The notes below the pieces were generated by a model. The model was not told the DNA's origin, did not search any database, and worked only from the letters and a program-made list of their open reading frames with translations. Shown one piece after another: positions 1-10,558 of a stretch of 32,209 nucleotides of DNA (within the stretch, counting starts at the first letter, position 1; each line of letters opens with the position of its first letter). Both the position numbers and the translations under genes were made by a program. This DNA comes from Callorhinchus milii (lineage: Eukaryota), in the NCBI RefSeq assembly GCF_018977255.1, contig NW_024705602.1, positions 1 through 32,209 of the forward strand, given 5' to 3'.

Positions 1-678
1 TGCAAGGTCTGTTTTACAGAGAAAGCACTTTTATATAGGGAACAAGCCTATTATACCTAGACTAAGCCGTTATGTAGGTTCCAAGTGTTATATGTAAACC
101 AGTGCTCTTGCAAAGATACTTGGCCTCTTAAACGGAGACTACACGTTTTATACACAGTCAAAGACTGTTATGCAGACACCAGGACTGATCCACAGAGTAC
201 AGAATGCGATACAGGAAACAGGTCACTTAAATACAGACCAGGCATGTTGTGTAAATACAAGGCTGCTATTGATAGATAAGGCCTATTATGTAAAGAACAG
301 ATTTGCTATACAGAGAACAGTGCTATTGCAAAGAGACAGGTCTGTTGTACACATAACAGTGTTGTTATACGGAGACCCGGACTGATATACCTAACCTAGG
401 CCTGTTTTAGAGAGACTGGGCTGTTATACGGAGTCCAAGCCTTTTATACATATACAAGGCCTATTATACAGAGACCAGACAGTTTTACAGACACCAGGCC
501 TGTTATACATAGAATAAGCCTATTATACATAGATTAGGCAGATAATACTGAGACTAGGCAGTTTTACAGAAAGCAGGTCTGTTATACATACACAAGGGTT
601 GTTTTACAGAGACGAGGCTGTTATAGAGGGCACAAGAATATTATACATAGACGACGCCAGTTAGAGACGCGGCCTTTT

Positions 679-963
679 ATAATAGTAATAATAATCCTTG
701 TATTTGATATTGCGCTTTTCACGTCAGGAGGATGTCCCAAAGCGCTTCACAGAACACACTGTAAAGTGAATTGACTGTATATTTGTGGGCGAACACGGCA
801 GCCAATTGCGCACAGCAATGTCCCATAACCAGCCGAAGATTGAAAATGACAAATTAGTTTTTGTTTTGCGTTTTGGAGGGATTATTATTTGGCGTGTGGA
901 GTAAGCAAACTTGCCCAAGGTTTCGCCCTGCCTGGAATTGAACCCAGGTGTCTCGCTTGCAAA
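679..963 (-). mobile_element. tRNA-derived SINE, 5'-truncated copy of the family at 11111
   Basis: Reverse complement matches the 11111-11444 copy from the anticodon loop through the (TTA)n tail; A box missing, B box (GGGTTCAATTCC) present. Confidence 0.9.
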
Positions 964-1493
964 TGTACAGTCTTGGCCTGTTAAAGAGGAACCAGTATGT
1001 TTCACAGATAGCAGACATACTATAGATAAACAAGGCCTTTATTACAGAGGGACCAGTCCTGTTATATGTAGACCAGGCAGACAAAAGGGTACTGGCTTTT
1101 ATATGGCGACCAGTGCTCTTTTCTAGAGACCAGGCACCTCATACAGAAACTAGGCCTTTTGTTGATAAACAAGGCCTGTTATACAGAGATCAAGCGTTTT
1201 CACAGATATGAGGCCAATTATACGGAGACACGGCCTCCTATACAGAGGACCGGACAGTTCTACACAGACCAGCTGTTATACAGAGACGAGTCTAGTTATA
1301 CAGAGACCGTACAGAGTCCAGAATTGCTATAAAGAGACCAGACCAGTTACACAGAAACCACACAATTTATACAGGAATCAGTCATTTCATACAGAGACCA
1401 GGAAGCTTTGCAGAGATAAGACTTGTTATACAGAGAACAGGCTGTTACATAGAGATCAGGCCTCTTGTATACAGACCAAGAAGTTATAGCGAG

Positions 1494-1629
1494 CAAAACA
1501 CAAAATACTGCAGATGCTGAAATCTGAAATAAGTACAGAGATAGCTGGGAAAACTCAGCAGGTGAGGCAGCATCTATGGAGAAACGAAAGTGAGTCAAAG
1601 TTTCTGCTCCACGAGCCTTGTTCAGAAGT
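1494..1629 (-). mobile_element. Short Penelope-like-element terminal repeat (pLTR)/retrozyme-like insertion with degenerate hammerhead core
   Basis: Flanked by an exact 10-bp direct repeat TTATAGCGAG (1484-1493 and 1630-1639). Minus strand reads CTGAACAA-GGCTC-GTG-GAGCA-GAAAC followed by ...AGATGCTGCCTCACCTGCTGAGTTTTCCCAGC..., which I recognise as resembling the abundant chondrichthyan PLE-associated repeat. Confidence 0.7.
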
Positions 1630-2259
1630 TTATAGCGAGACTGGCCTATTAAAGAGAGACCAGATCTGTTATACAGAGACCAGGCCCATTATACAGACTT
1701 CAAGCTGTGATACAAATACGAGGCCTGTTAAAAGGAGACCAGTGCTGTTCTACAGAAACCAGGTTTTTTACGTAGAGCCAAGGCCAGTTTTACTGAGGCC
1801 AGGCCGGTTATACAGAGACCAGACCTGTTATACGACACCAGGACATTTATACAAAAACCAAGCCAATATACATATACAAGGTTGTTATACAGAGATCAGG
1901 CCAGTTATACATAGGCTATGCCTACTATAAAGAGACCAGGCCTGGTTTGCAGAGACTCAGCCAATTTTACAGAGACCAAGTCTATTATGCAGAGACCAGA
2001 GCTTTTTAACAGAGAACAGTGATGCTGCACAGACATGAAGCCAGTTGTACACTGTGCAAAGATTTCCTACAGAGACCAGAACTGTTATAAAGAGCCCTGG
2101 TCAGTTATACAGAGGCCAGGCAGCTATACAGAATCCAAGCTGTTATAAACAGACCAGGCCCGTTATGCAGAGATCAAGCCTGTCATGCAGACCCATGGTG
2201 AGTTATATAGAGACCAGGCTTAATACAGCGAGAAGACCAGTTACATAGAGACCAGCCCA

Positions 2260-2545
2260 GTTGCTCAAAGAACAGCCTTGTCCTTCATTCAAGGCACCTC
2301 CATGGTCTTATTCCCCCCTACTTCTTTTACTTCATAAAAGCATATCAGAAAGTCTGCTCCCTCCACTCGGCAGACACCGGCCTGTTTTAGTTCACCCGCA
2401 ATTCCCACCCCACCATTGGAGGTCAGACATTCAGCATCTCTGTCCCCACACTCTCCAACTCTACCTGCGTTTCCTCTGCCTCACATCCTTCAAGTCCCGT
2501 CTGAAGTTCTTTGTCGTCGACCATGCCTTCAATTTCAAAAGCCCT
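2260..2545 (+). mobile_element. Decayed L2-clade LINE ORF2 C-terminal fragment
   Basis: Frameshifted translation GGQTFSISVPTLSNS...TSFKSRLKFFVVDHAF resembles the L2 ORF2 terminus (GGRAFS..AP.LWNSLP...SFKSRLKT.LF..AF). Confidence 0.55.
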
Positions 2546-2986
2546 CATTGCCTTACACGGCCATTCGTCCGCCACCTCCTTCAGCACAACTGACCCGGCC
2601 ACAGCATTCACTCAAAAAACGCCTGCAGCTTCATATCACCCCCAAATCAACCCAATATCCGCCTCACTGTGTGAGATTTCAGCCAATGTACACCACGCAC
2701 TCCGGAAAACCATCTCAGAGATATTAGGTCTGTCTCAGAGCCTCAAACTAATCCAATTGATGGCGCTTTTTGTCATACGCCCACCCATTCCCCCCATCCC
2801 CACCCCAAGATGCACACCACGCTTCCACACAGTCCAAAGCCTTCCTTGCTCGGGTGTCCTTGTCACTGTACAAGGCTCACTCATCATCTCTTGGGATCAA
2901 AGTCACATTAAGCTGATTTCACAAGAGGGGACAAAATGATTGGATTTGGCAGCTCAGTGACTGGGAACCGCCTGCACACTCACACC

Positions 2987-2998
2987 GAAACCGAAACC
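2987..2998 (+). promoter_or_regulatory. Interferon-stimulated response element (ISRE/IRF-E)
   Basis: GAAACCGAAACC matches GAAANNGAAAC, about 30 bp upstream of the TRIM start codon; additional GAAA half-sites at 2999-3004 (minus strand) and 3010-3016. Confidence 0.7.
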
Positions 2999-3028
2999 AG
3001 TTTCAATCAGAAAGTGCTAAAGTTCAAA

Positions 3029-3439
3029 ATGGCTTCTAGACTGCAGGCTGAGGTCTGGACCGAGGAGATCATTTGTCCGGTTTGTCTGGATTTCTTCACT
3101 GACCCTGTTAGTCTGGGCTGTGGCCACAACTTCTGTCGCTCCTGTGTCACCCGGAGCTGGGAAAAGCAGGAGATCAACTGCTGTGCTGTTTGTCAGGAGA
3201 CATTTCCAGAAAAGCATCTCACAGCCTGTTGGGCCTTGGCGAGTCTAGCAGAGAAAGCTCGAAAATTGTGCCTGAACCCGACACAGACGGCAGTTAACCT
3301 TCAGTGTGAGAAACACCGGGAGCAACTGAAGCTGTTCTGTGAAACTGACAAGAAATTGATCTGTTACATTTGCAGAGATGCGAAGGAACACAGAGGTCAC
3401 AGCTTCCTGCCGATTGACGAAGCTGCTGAAATCTACAAG
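3029..3439 (+). CDS. TRIM exon 1: C3HC4 RING and B-box2
   Basis: [39 protein letters not shown]...[36 protein letters not shown]; donor AAG|GTAACG. Confidence 0.95.
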
Positions 3440-6400
3440 GTAACGGTACCCTCAAGAGGGATTAATTCTGTTTCCACATCAAGTTTTCACGTCAAACATT
3501 TTTATTCTGTGCTGTTATTCCAGGATCAAGTGAAATCCTCCTTGGCTTGTCTCACAAAGAGAAAGGAAACTGCTCTGGAAGCTGAAACCAAACAGAGAGA
3601 AAAGATTTCACAAGTAAAGGTAGATTTTGTCGCGGCTGACATCTAGTCTATCAGCGAGTCTCTGTTTGCTGTCTGTGCACGGTGTGATGTCTCAGTGTCT
3701 CTGGTTACTGTGTGTACACGGTGTGATGTCTCAGTGTCTCTTGTTACTATGTGTACACGGTGTGATGTCTCAGTGGCTCTGGTTACTGTGTGTACACGGT
3801 GTGATATCTCAGTGTCTCTTGTTACTATGTGTACACGGTGTGATGTCTCAGTGTCTCTGGTTACTATGTGTACACGGTGTGATATCTCATTGTCTCTGGT
3901 TACTGTGTGTACACGGTGTGATTTCTCAGTGTCTCTGGTTACTGTGTGTACACGGTGTGGTGTCTCAGTGTCTCTGGTTACTGTGTGTACACGGTGTGAT
4001 GTCATGTCTCTGGTTACTGTGTGTACACGGTGTGATGTCTCAGTGTCTCTGGTTACTGTTTGTAATGCTTGAATGTCTGACATTTGCAGGAACAGGTGAA
4101 CAGTCTGCAGACCCACGTCATGGCTGAGTTTGCAAAAATACACCAGAGTCTAACTGACAGAGAGCAGCGAGTGATGCGAGATCTCAAACAGCGAGAGGAG
4201 GAGATTTTAAATCGAATGGAGACAAATCTGCGAGAGATTCAGGGCAAATTAGATTCTGTTGAACAAGAACTCTCTTACTTACAGACACAGATTGGGAAAG
4301 ACGCTATCACCTTCCTGCGGGTAAAGGGATGACATTACAATGCAGCTCAGTATCAGTTACACACAATCTGGGGAATACAGTCTAATTGTGATTGATAAAG
4401 AGATCAGAGATTGAGTTGGCACATGAGAGATTCCGTACCCATTTAAGTGGTTGTTTTTGGTGGTGTCTCAGTGTGAGCTGACATTTGTCTGTGTTTGATT
4501 TCATTAGGAGGAAGCTGCTGTCAAAAGAAGGTATGAAATCATCTTTACCAAACATCCCAGAATTGAACCCACAAACTAACCATTTGGGCAGTTTCAATTT
4601 ATAATTTGATCGTCTGTTATTTCAGCGTCAGTGACGAGGGACTTGATCTGTCAGTGTGTGAGGCTGAGCTCCCTGTGGCCAAGTACAAATGGCCTTTGAA
4701 GAACACAGTCTGGAGACAGATTATAGACAACATCAGCCCAGGTAAGCGTCTCCCTGATGCCGTGTCAATAGCCTTACAATCACCTGGAACCCAACACATA
4801 ACCACTCGCACCCTCACACACAGACACACCCTCACTCACACCCTCACGCCCACCCCTCACACACCCCTCACACACACACACACACACACTGCTCAGACAC
4901 ACAGCCTCATGCACTCACACTTCTTAGACACTCACCCTCGCACACACAACCCTCACACACACTCACCTTCACACACAGACTCAAGCACACATAACCTCAT
5001 ACATACCGTCGCTCACACGCACACCCTCACGCACTCACACACAACACTTACACACACCTGAAACATACAGCCGTCACACACACACTCCTCGCACACACCA
5101 CTCACCCATACCTCTCTCACACACACCAATTGACACACCGGCATGCTCGCCTTACACTGAAACCAACTACGCACACCTATGAAACACAACTGACATTCAC
5201 ATCTAAGAAACACATATCACACGTACCTCACACATAACCCTGAAACAAACATCACACACACGCCTATCACACAAACCCCTCTCATACACACCACTCCCAC
5301 ACGCAAAAACACGCGCCTCAAACACACTTCGCACCACAACAGCAACACAATTATATTAGCAGAGCGCATTTCAGGTCGTGAGGACGTCCCAAGTCACAAA
5401 AAACTATCATACGCATCTCTTACACGCAAACACCTTCCTCACACAGAGCTCACTCAGCTACAACTCTCAAAAACATCCCTCACACACACGCCATACAGAC
5501 GCTTCTCACACACATCTATTACACACACAATACGCTCAAACACATCTCTTTCTTACACTTCTGTCCACACACGACTCACACACACTACTCATGTGCGCAC
5601 ACCGCACATATTTCACACACACACTTTTCAGACTCACTCCTCACACACACAACAATTAAACACAACACTCACGCAACCCTCACATACACAACGCCCGTAC
5701 ACACACCCCTCAAAAAAAAACTTCTCACACACACACCCCTCACACACAGACCCTTCACACACATATCGCTCGTATGCACACTACTCACAAAAATCATCCT
5801 CACACGAATCTTCACGTATACCATTCACACACACTTCACACAAAACCATCACTTCCACACCCATTCACAGCCCGCACACATATACCCTGACCCACACTCC
5901 CCTCACATAGGAGAACAGAGGAGAAGTCTGAAGAGGTGGAGCAGGAGGGGGTGAATTGGAGTTTGAAGTGACCGAAAATGATGAGGGGGTCGGACAAGAG
6001 GTAGAGGGAGGCGAGGAGGGTGGGGATGTCAGAGATAAAGGTGGGGTATGATTTTGGGTGGCAGTAAATTAGGATTATTAGACAGAGGTAGGAGGGATGG
6101 CAGAGTGTAAGTGTTGAAAAGAGGGGAATGAGCCGGTGGAGTAGGTGGACAGGGCAAGTGACGCCCTGGAGATGAGGGCCACCCCACCGCCATCACGGTT
6201 GGGGCGTGGGACATGTTGGTAGGTGTAGCGGGTAGTGTGGCCTCAGTGAGGGGAAAGGTGTGACCTGGATTGATCCAGGTTTCAGTGAGGGCCATAATGT
6301 CAATACCCCCTCACACATAACCTCCACACACATCCTCTCACAACCCCCACAATCACCCTCACCCACACTCACTTATCCTATCACACAAATACACTCACAC

Positions 6401-9400
6401 ACAAATTCTCACACTCCCCCTCAGACAGAAACTCATATAAACGCCCACACATTTTCTCAAACCAACCCTCAAATAGCCCCTCTCACACACACCCACACAC
6501 ACACTCTCACACATTCCCCCCCCCATACACACGTAAACCTCTCACACAAACCCTCACACACAAACTCACACCCACCGACACACACCGTCATATACAACGC
6601 CTCACACAACCCTCACTCACCCCTCACACACAACCTAACGTATACCCTGATACACACCCTCACACACACCCTCACACACGCCCTCACAAGCCACCTCACA
6701 AACACCATCACATCGTGACCCTCAAACATACGCTCACTCCCTTAACCTCATAAACTGTCTCACACTCGCGCACACACACCCTCACACATACCCTCACACA
6801 GACACTCACAAACAACCTCACACGTGCCCAAACACACCCCTTCAAACACCCCCTCAAACCCCCTCACAGACTACATCACACACAACCTCACACCGTAACC
6901 GTCACACAAACCCTCACACAGACCCTCACACAGCACCCTCATACATCACTTCGCACAGCCCCTTATACACACACTCACATACTATCCCTCACACACCCCT
7001 TCACACAGACCCTCATACAGACTCTCACATGCACGCCTACCCACTCACTCACAAAACCCCTCACAATCATCCTCCCACAGACCCTCACACAGACCCTCAC
7101 AAACAACATCAAACACATCCCTACACATACACTCACACCCTCAATCTCACACCCTCCATCACACACACCCGTCACTGAATCCCTCACACAGACACTCAAA
7201 CAGAACCCTCATACATCTCTTCACGCAGTCCCTCACACACATCCTCACACACAATCCTTCTCACTCTCCTTCACATGGAGCCTCATACAGAGCCTCACAT
7301 ACACGCCAACACACTCCCTCCGAAACCCCGTCTCACAAACCCTCACATATTCCATCACACAAACACACTCACACACAACCCCTCATAGCACCCCCCCCTC
7401 ACACACCCTCATACACACCGTCACACACCCTTGCACACCTCGTAACACAGAATCTCACACATGCCCTCACAACCCCCTCACACACATGCTCACAAACCCA
7501 CTCACACATAGCCCTCACACATCCTATCAGAAAGCCCCTCACACACAAACTCACACAGAACACCTCACACATCCCCTGACATAGACACTCATACAGACCC
7601 TCACATACACGCCTACACACTCCCTAACACAGAACCTCACACATGCCCTCACAACCCCCTCACACACACCCTCACAAACTTCCTCAAACACCTTCACATA
7701 TCCCATCACACAAACACACTCACACACAACCTAACACACTCTCACACATCCCCTCAAACACACACAACTCTCTCACACATACCGTCACACAAATCCTTAC
7801 ACACCCACACACACACCGTCAAACATAAACCCTCACACACACCCTCTCACACACACCCTCTGACACACAACCTCACAACCTCACCCTCTCATACACCCTC
7901 ATATATAACCCTCACACGCAGCCTGACCCACATACCTCAGACACACCATCACACAGGGCCTCACACACAAGCTCACACGCATCTTCACGCACACATTCAC
8001 ACACCCACTCACACACACACCTTCAATCAGACCATCACTTACACCCTCACACACGCTCTCACGCGTATCTTTCACACACACCTTCGCATGCATACCCTCA
8101 CACACACCTTCACCCACACTCACACAAACCCTCACAAACATTGACACACACAGGCTCACACACATTCTAACACACACTCACACAGACGCACACCGTCACA
8201 CAACTCTCAGAACCCACTCACACCCCTCTCACACACATCCTCACAAATATTGACACAGACAATCTCACACACATTCTAACACACACTCACACACACGCAC
8301 ACCCTCACGCACCTCTCACAACCCCCTCACACCCCTTTCACACACACCCTCACACAAATACTTCACACACACACCCTCACATACGCACTCACGCAACAAC
8401 TCACACACCCCATCTCAAACACCTTCACACACACCCCTCACACAAAATATCAGAGGCACCCACTCACACAAACACCGTCAAACTCACCCTTACAGACACC
8501 CTCATAAACCTTTCATAGAGACCCTTATACAGACCCTCACATACACGCCTACACACTCCCTCACACCAAACTCACACACACCATCAAACACACCCTCACA
8601 CACATTCTCACACAACAACACTCACAAACAAAACCCACTCACACACACACTCACAAACACCCACATACACACAGTCAAACACACCAATCATTCACACCCT
8701 CACAGAGTCCTCACCCACACCACAAACAAACATCGATCAGACACCTGTCAGAACATAACCTCACACACACCGCTCACACACATTTTCACGCAAAACCTCA
8801 CACACCAAACACACACACACACACACCCGCAAACACAGACACTCTCACACATACACTCACACACCCTCACACACAGACCATAACGCATACAACCTCACAC
8901 ACTCCCTCACACACACGACCTCACACACACACCCCCTCACGCATTCCCTCACACACACACGCCTTCACACACATACAGCCTCACGCACTACCTCACAGAC
9001 AAACCCTCGCATAGGCTGTGATCTTCTGAGCTGAATTGCATCCCCAGTTGTAGATGTGTTCACACACAAACTCACACAAGTCGCCCTCACACACAGACTC
9101 AAACACAAATTCACACACAGCCAAAAACACCCACTCACACACACACACACACATATTCTCTCCCAATCAAACAACCTCACCCGCAATGCACAGATCCGCT
9201 CACACACCATCACACATAAACACCCAACCTCATCCACGTTCATCACACACCCTCCCATGGCCTCACACAAAGAGTCTCACACACTCACAGTTCACAAACA
9301 CACCTCTCACACACACATTTGACATAACTCAAAAAAGCAACTGCTCACACACAAGACACCCATCACACCCCCCACACTCACGCTCATCCTCACACAACGC

Positions 9401-10057
9401 CTTACAAAGACTGTGACCCTCGCAGCTGGATTGTGTTCCCAGGTGCAGATGGGTTCACACACTCTTAGCTCCCAGACGTCCTCTCACTCCACTTTGTGCT
9501 GTTCCTCTCTCTCAGCTCCGGCCTCTCTGACTCTGGACCCTGACACAGCGAATCGCTGGCTCATCCTGTCTGAGGACCTGACCAGCGTGAGACTCGGAGA
9601 CACACGGCAGCAGCTCCAGGAATGTCCGAAGAGGTTTAGTAAATATCCCATTGTCCTGGGGTGTGAGGGCTTCACATCAGGGAGACATTACTGGGAGGTG
9701 CAGGTGGGCAGCAAGACTGAGTGGGATGTGGGATTGGCCAGAGTGTCCGTCAACAGGAAAGGAGAGATCACAGTGTCACCAAAGGATGGATTCTGGGCTG
9801 TGACACTGAGAAACGGGGATGTATATAAAGCTGGTGCATCAGTTCTCCGTCTGTCCCCGAGAGAGAGACCCGGGAAGCTGGGAGTGTTCCTGGACTATGA
9901 NGGGGGAGAGGTGACATTTTACAACGCTGAGAACATGTCTCATCTCCACTCGTTCACCCAGACTTTCACTGAGAAACTTTATCCTTACTTCTATCCCGGT
10001 TTGAACGACGGCGGAAAAAACTCTGATCCTCTGAGGATCTGCCGGGTGACAGATTAA
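3029..10057 (+). CDS. Tripartite-motif E3 ubiquitin ligase, class IV (RING-Bbox2-CC-PRY/SPRY; TRIM39/TRIM27/A33-like); join(3029-3439,3524-3619,4090-4320,4508-4530,4626-4741,9516-10057), ~472 aa
   Basis: All introns are GT-AG and phase-compatible; exon sizes 411/96/231/23/116/542 match the canonical class IV TRIM layout; total 1419 nt with no internal stop (one N at 9901 in a GAN codon). Confidence 0.93.
3524..3619 (+). CDS. TRIM exon 2 (96 nt, coiled coil)
   Basis: Acceptor TTATTCCAG|GAT, donor [41 protein letters not shown]. Confidence 0.9.
3672..4060 (+). repeat. 39-bp minisatellite, ~10 copies, in TRIM intron 2
   Basis: Unit TGTGTACACGGTGTGATGTCTCAGTGTCTCTGGTTACTG repeated with few substitutions; one copy has a 3-nt deletion. 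Confidence 0.95.
4090..4320 (+). CDS. TRIM exon 3 (231 nt, coiled coil)
   Basis: Acceptor TTTGCAG|GAA, donor [35 protein letters not shown]...DAITFLR. Confidence 0.92.
4508..4530 (+). CDS. TRIM exon 4 (23-nt micro-exon)
   Basis: Acceptor TTTCATTAG|GAG, donor AAG|GTATGA; 23 nt is the typical size for this TRIM exon and restores the frame into exon 5. Confidence 0.85.
4626..4741 (+). CDS. TRIM exon 5 (116 nt, linker)
   Basis: Acceptor TATTTCAG|C, donor [47 protein letters not shown]. Confidence 0.88.
4790..9405 (+). repeat. Large degenerate CA-rich simple-sequence array (~CCCTCACACACA units) filling TRIM intron 5
   Basis: About 4.6 kb dominated by C/A with recurrent ccctcacaca; interrupted by an L2 fragment at 5911-6297. 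Confidence 0.9.
5911..6297 (-). mobile_element. L2/CR1-group LINE ORF2 apurinic endonuclease fragment
   Basis: Minus-strand translation with frameshifts gives [20 protein letters not shown] and LIIFGHFK, corresponding to the APE motifs xLTETW, GGGVA, IYRPP and GDFN. Confidence 0.75.
9516..10057 (+). CDS. TRIM exon 6: PRY/SPRY (B30.2) domain
   Basis: Acceptor [52 protein letters not shown], [19 protein letters not shown]; stop TAA 10055-10057. Confidence 0.95.
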
Positions 10058-10139
10058 TGAGGAGGGATCCCTCAGCCATGACCTGTGTTTGGCTGTGATG
10101 GCCGCGAGGCTGAGCCTTTTATAATCTGTGTCGTTATAC

Positions 10140-10145
10140 AATAAA
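10140..10145 (+). terminator. Polyadenylation signal for the TRIM gene
   Basis: AATAAA 83 nt after the stop codon. Confidence 0.55.
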
Positions 10146-10558
10146 TCTTGTAGTTTATATTACACCTTTCACACTGGGCCCACGGCTCAAACTTTTCTCA
10201 GGATTAACAGTGAAGCGACAGTTGTGTTTGTCAGTGAATGTGGAGTCAATTTGCAAAGAGCAAAGTCTGCAACAAGTCACGTTTCACACTATAAACTTCA
10301 GGCTGGAGATGTCAGCTTCTGATCTCGACAAATAATAATCCTTACATTGCACACAGCTCCTCAACACGTCTGCCAGACGTCTCGATGCCCTTCCCAGGCT
10401 TCCGACATCTGCATTAATCCCAAATGTATCCACCGCTTTCTATGCATTAACTCTCTCCCTCTCTCACACACTCTCTCCGTCCCTCTCTCTCTCTCACTCA
10501 CTCTCTGTATTTCGCTCAAACTCTCTGTCAATCAGCCGCTGGAGAACAGGAGACAAAT

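Larger units (their letters stand above)
1..2256 (+). repeat. Degenerate ~20-bp tandem repeat array (consensus ~CTGTTATACAGAGACCAGGC), interrupted by a SINE and a 136-bp insertion
   Basis: Recurrent tgttatacagagaccaggc variants at about 20-nt spacing throughout (e.g. 421-540, 1666-1690, 1801-1830); the ORFs here are repeat translations (YTETRP...). Confidence 0.85.

Noticed and set aside
2936..3028. 31-aa N-terminal extension of the TRIM from upstream ATG 2936
   Set aside because: It spans the ISRE/promoter-like region; ATG 3029 has strong Kozak context and gives the typical MAS...EE..CP.C TRIM start
3627..4143. 166-aa repetitive ORFs on both strands; CRISPR-like appearance
   Set aside because: Translations of a 39-bp intronic minisatellite; there are no unique spacers
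4742..9515. His/Thr-rich and Cys/Val-rich ORFs, and the ORF-track start at 9413
   Set aside because: CA/TG microsatellite translations; SPRY coding begins at the 9516 acceptor
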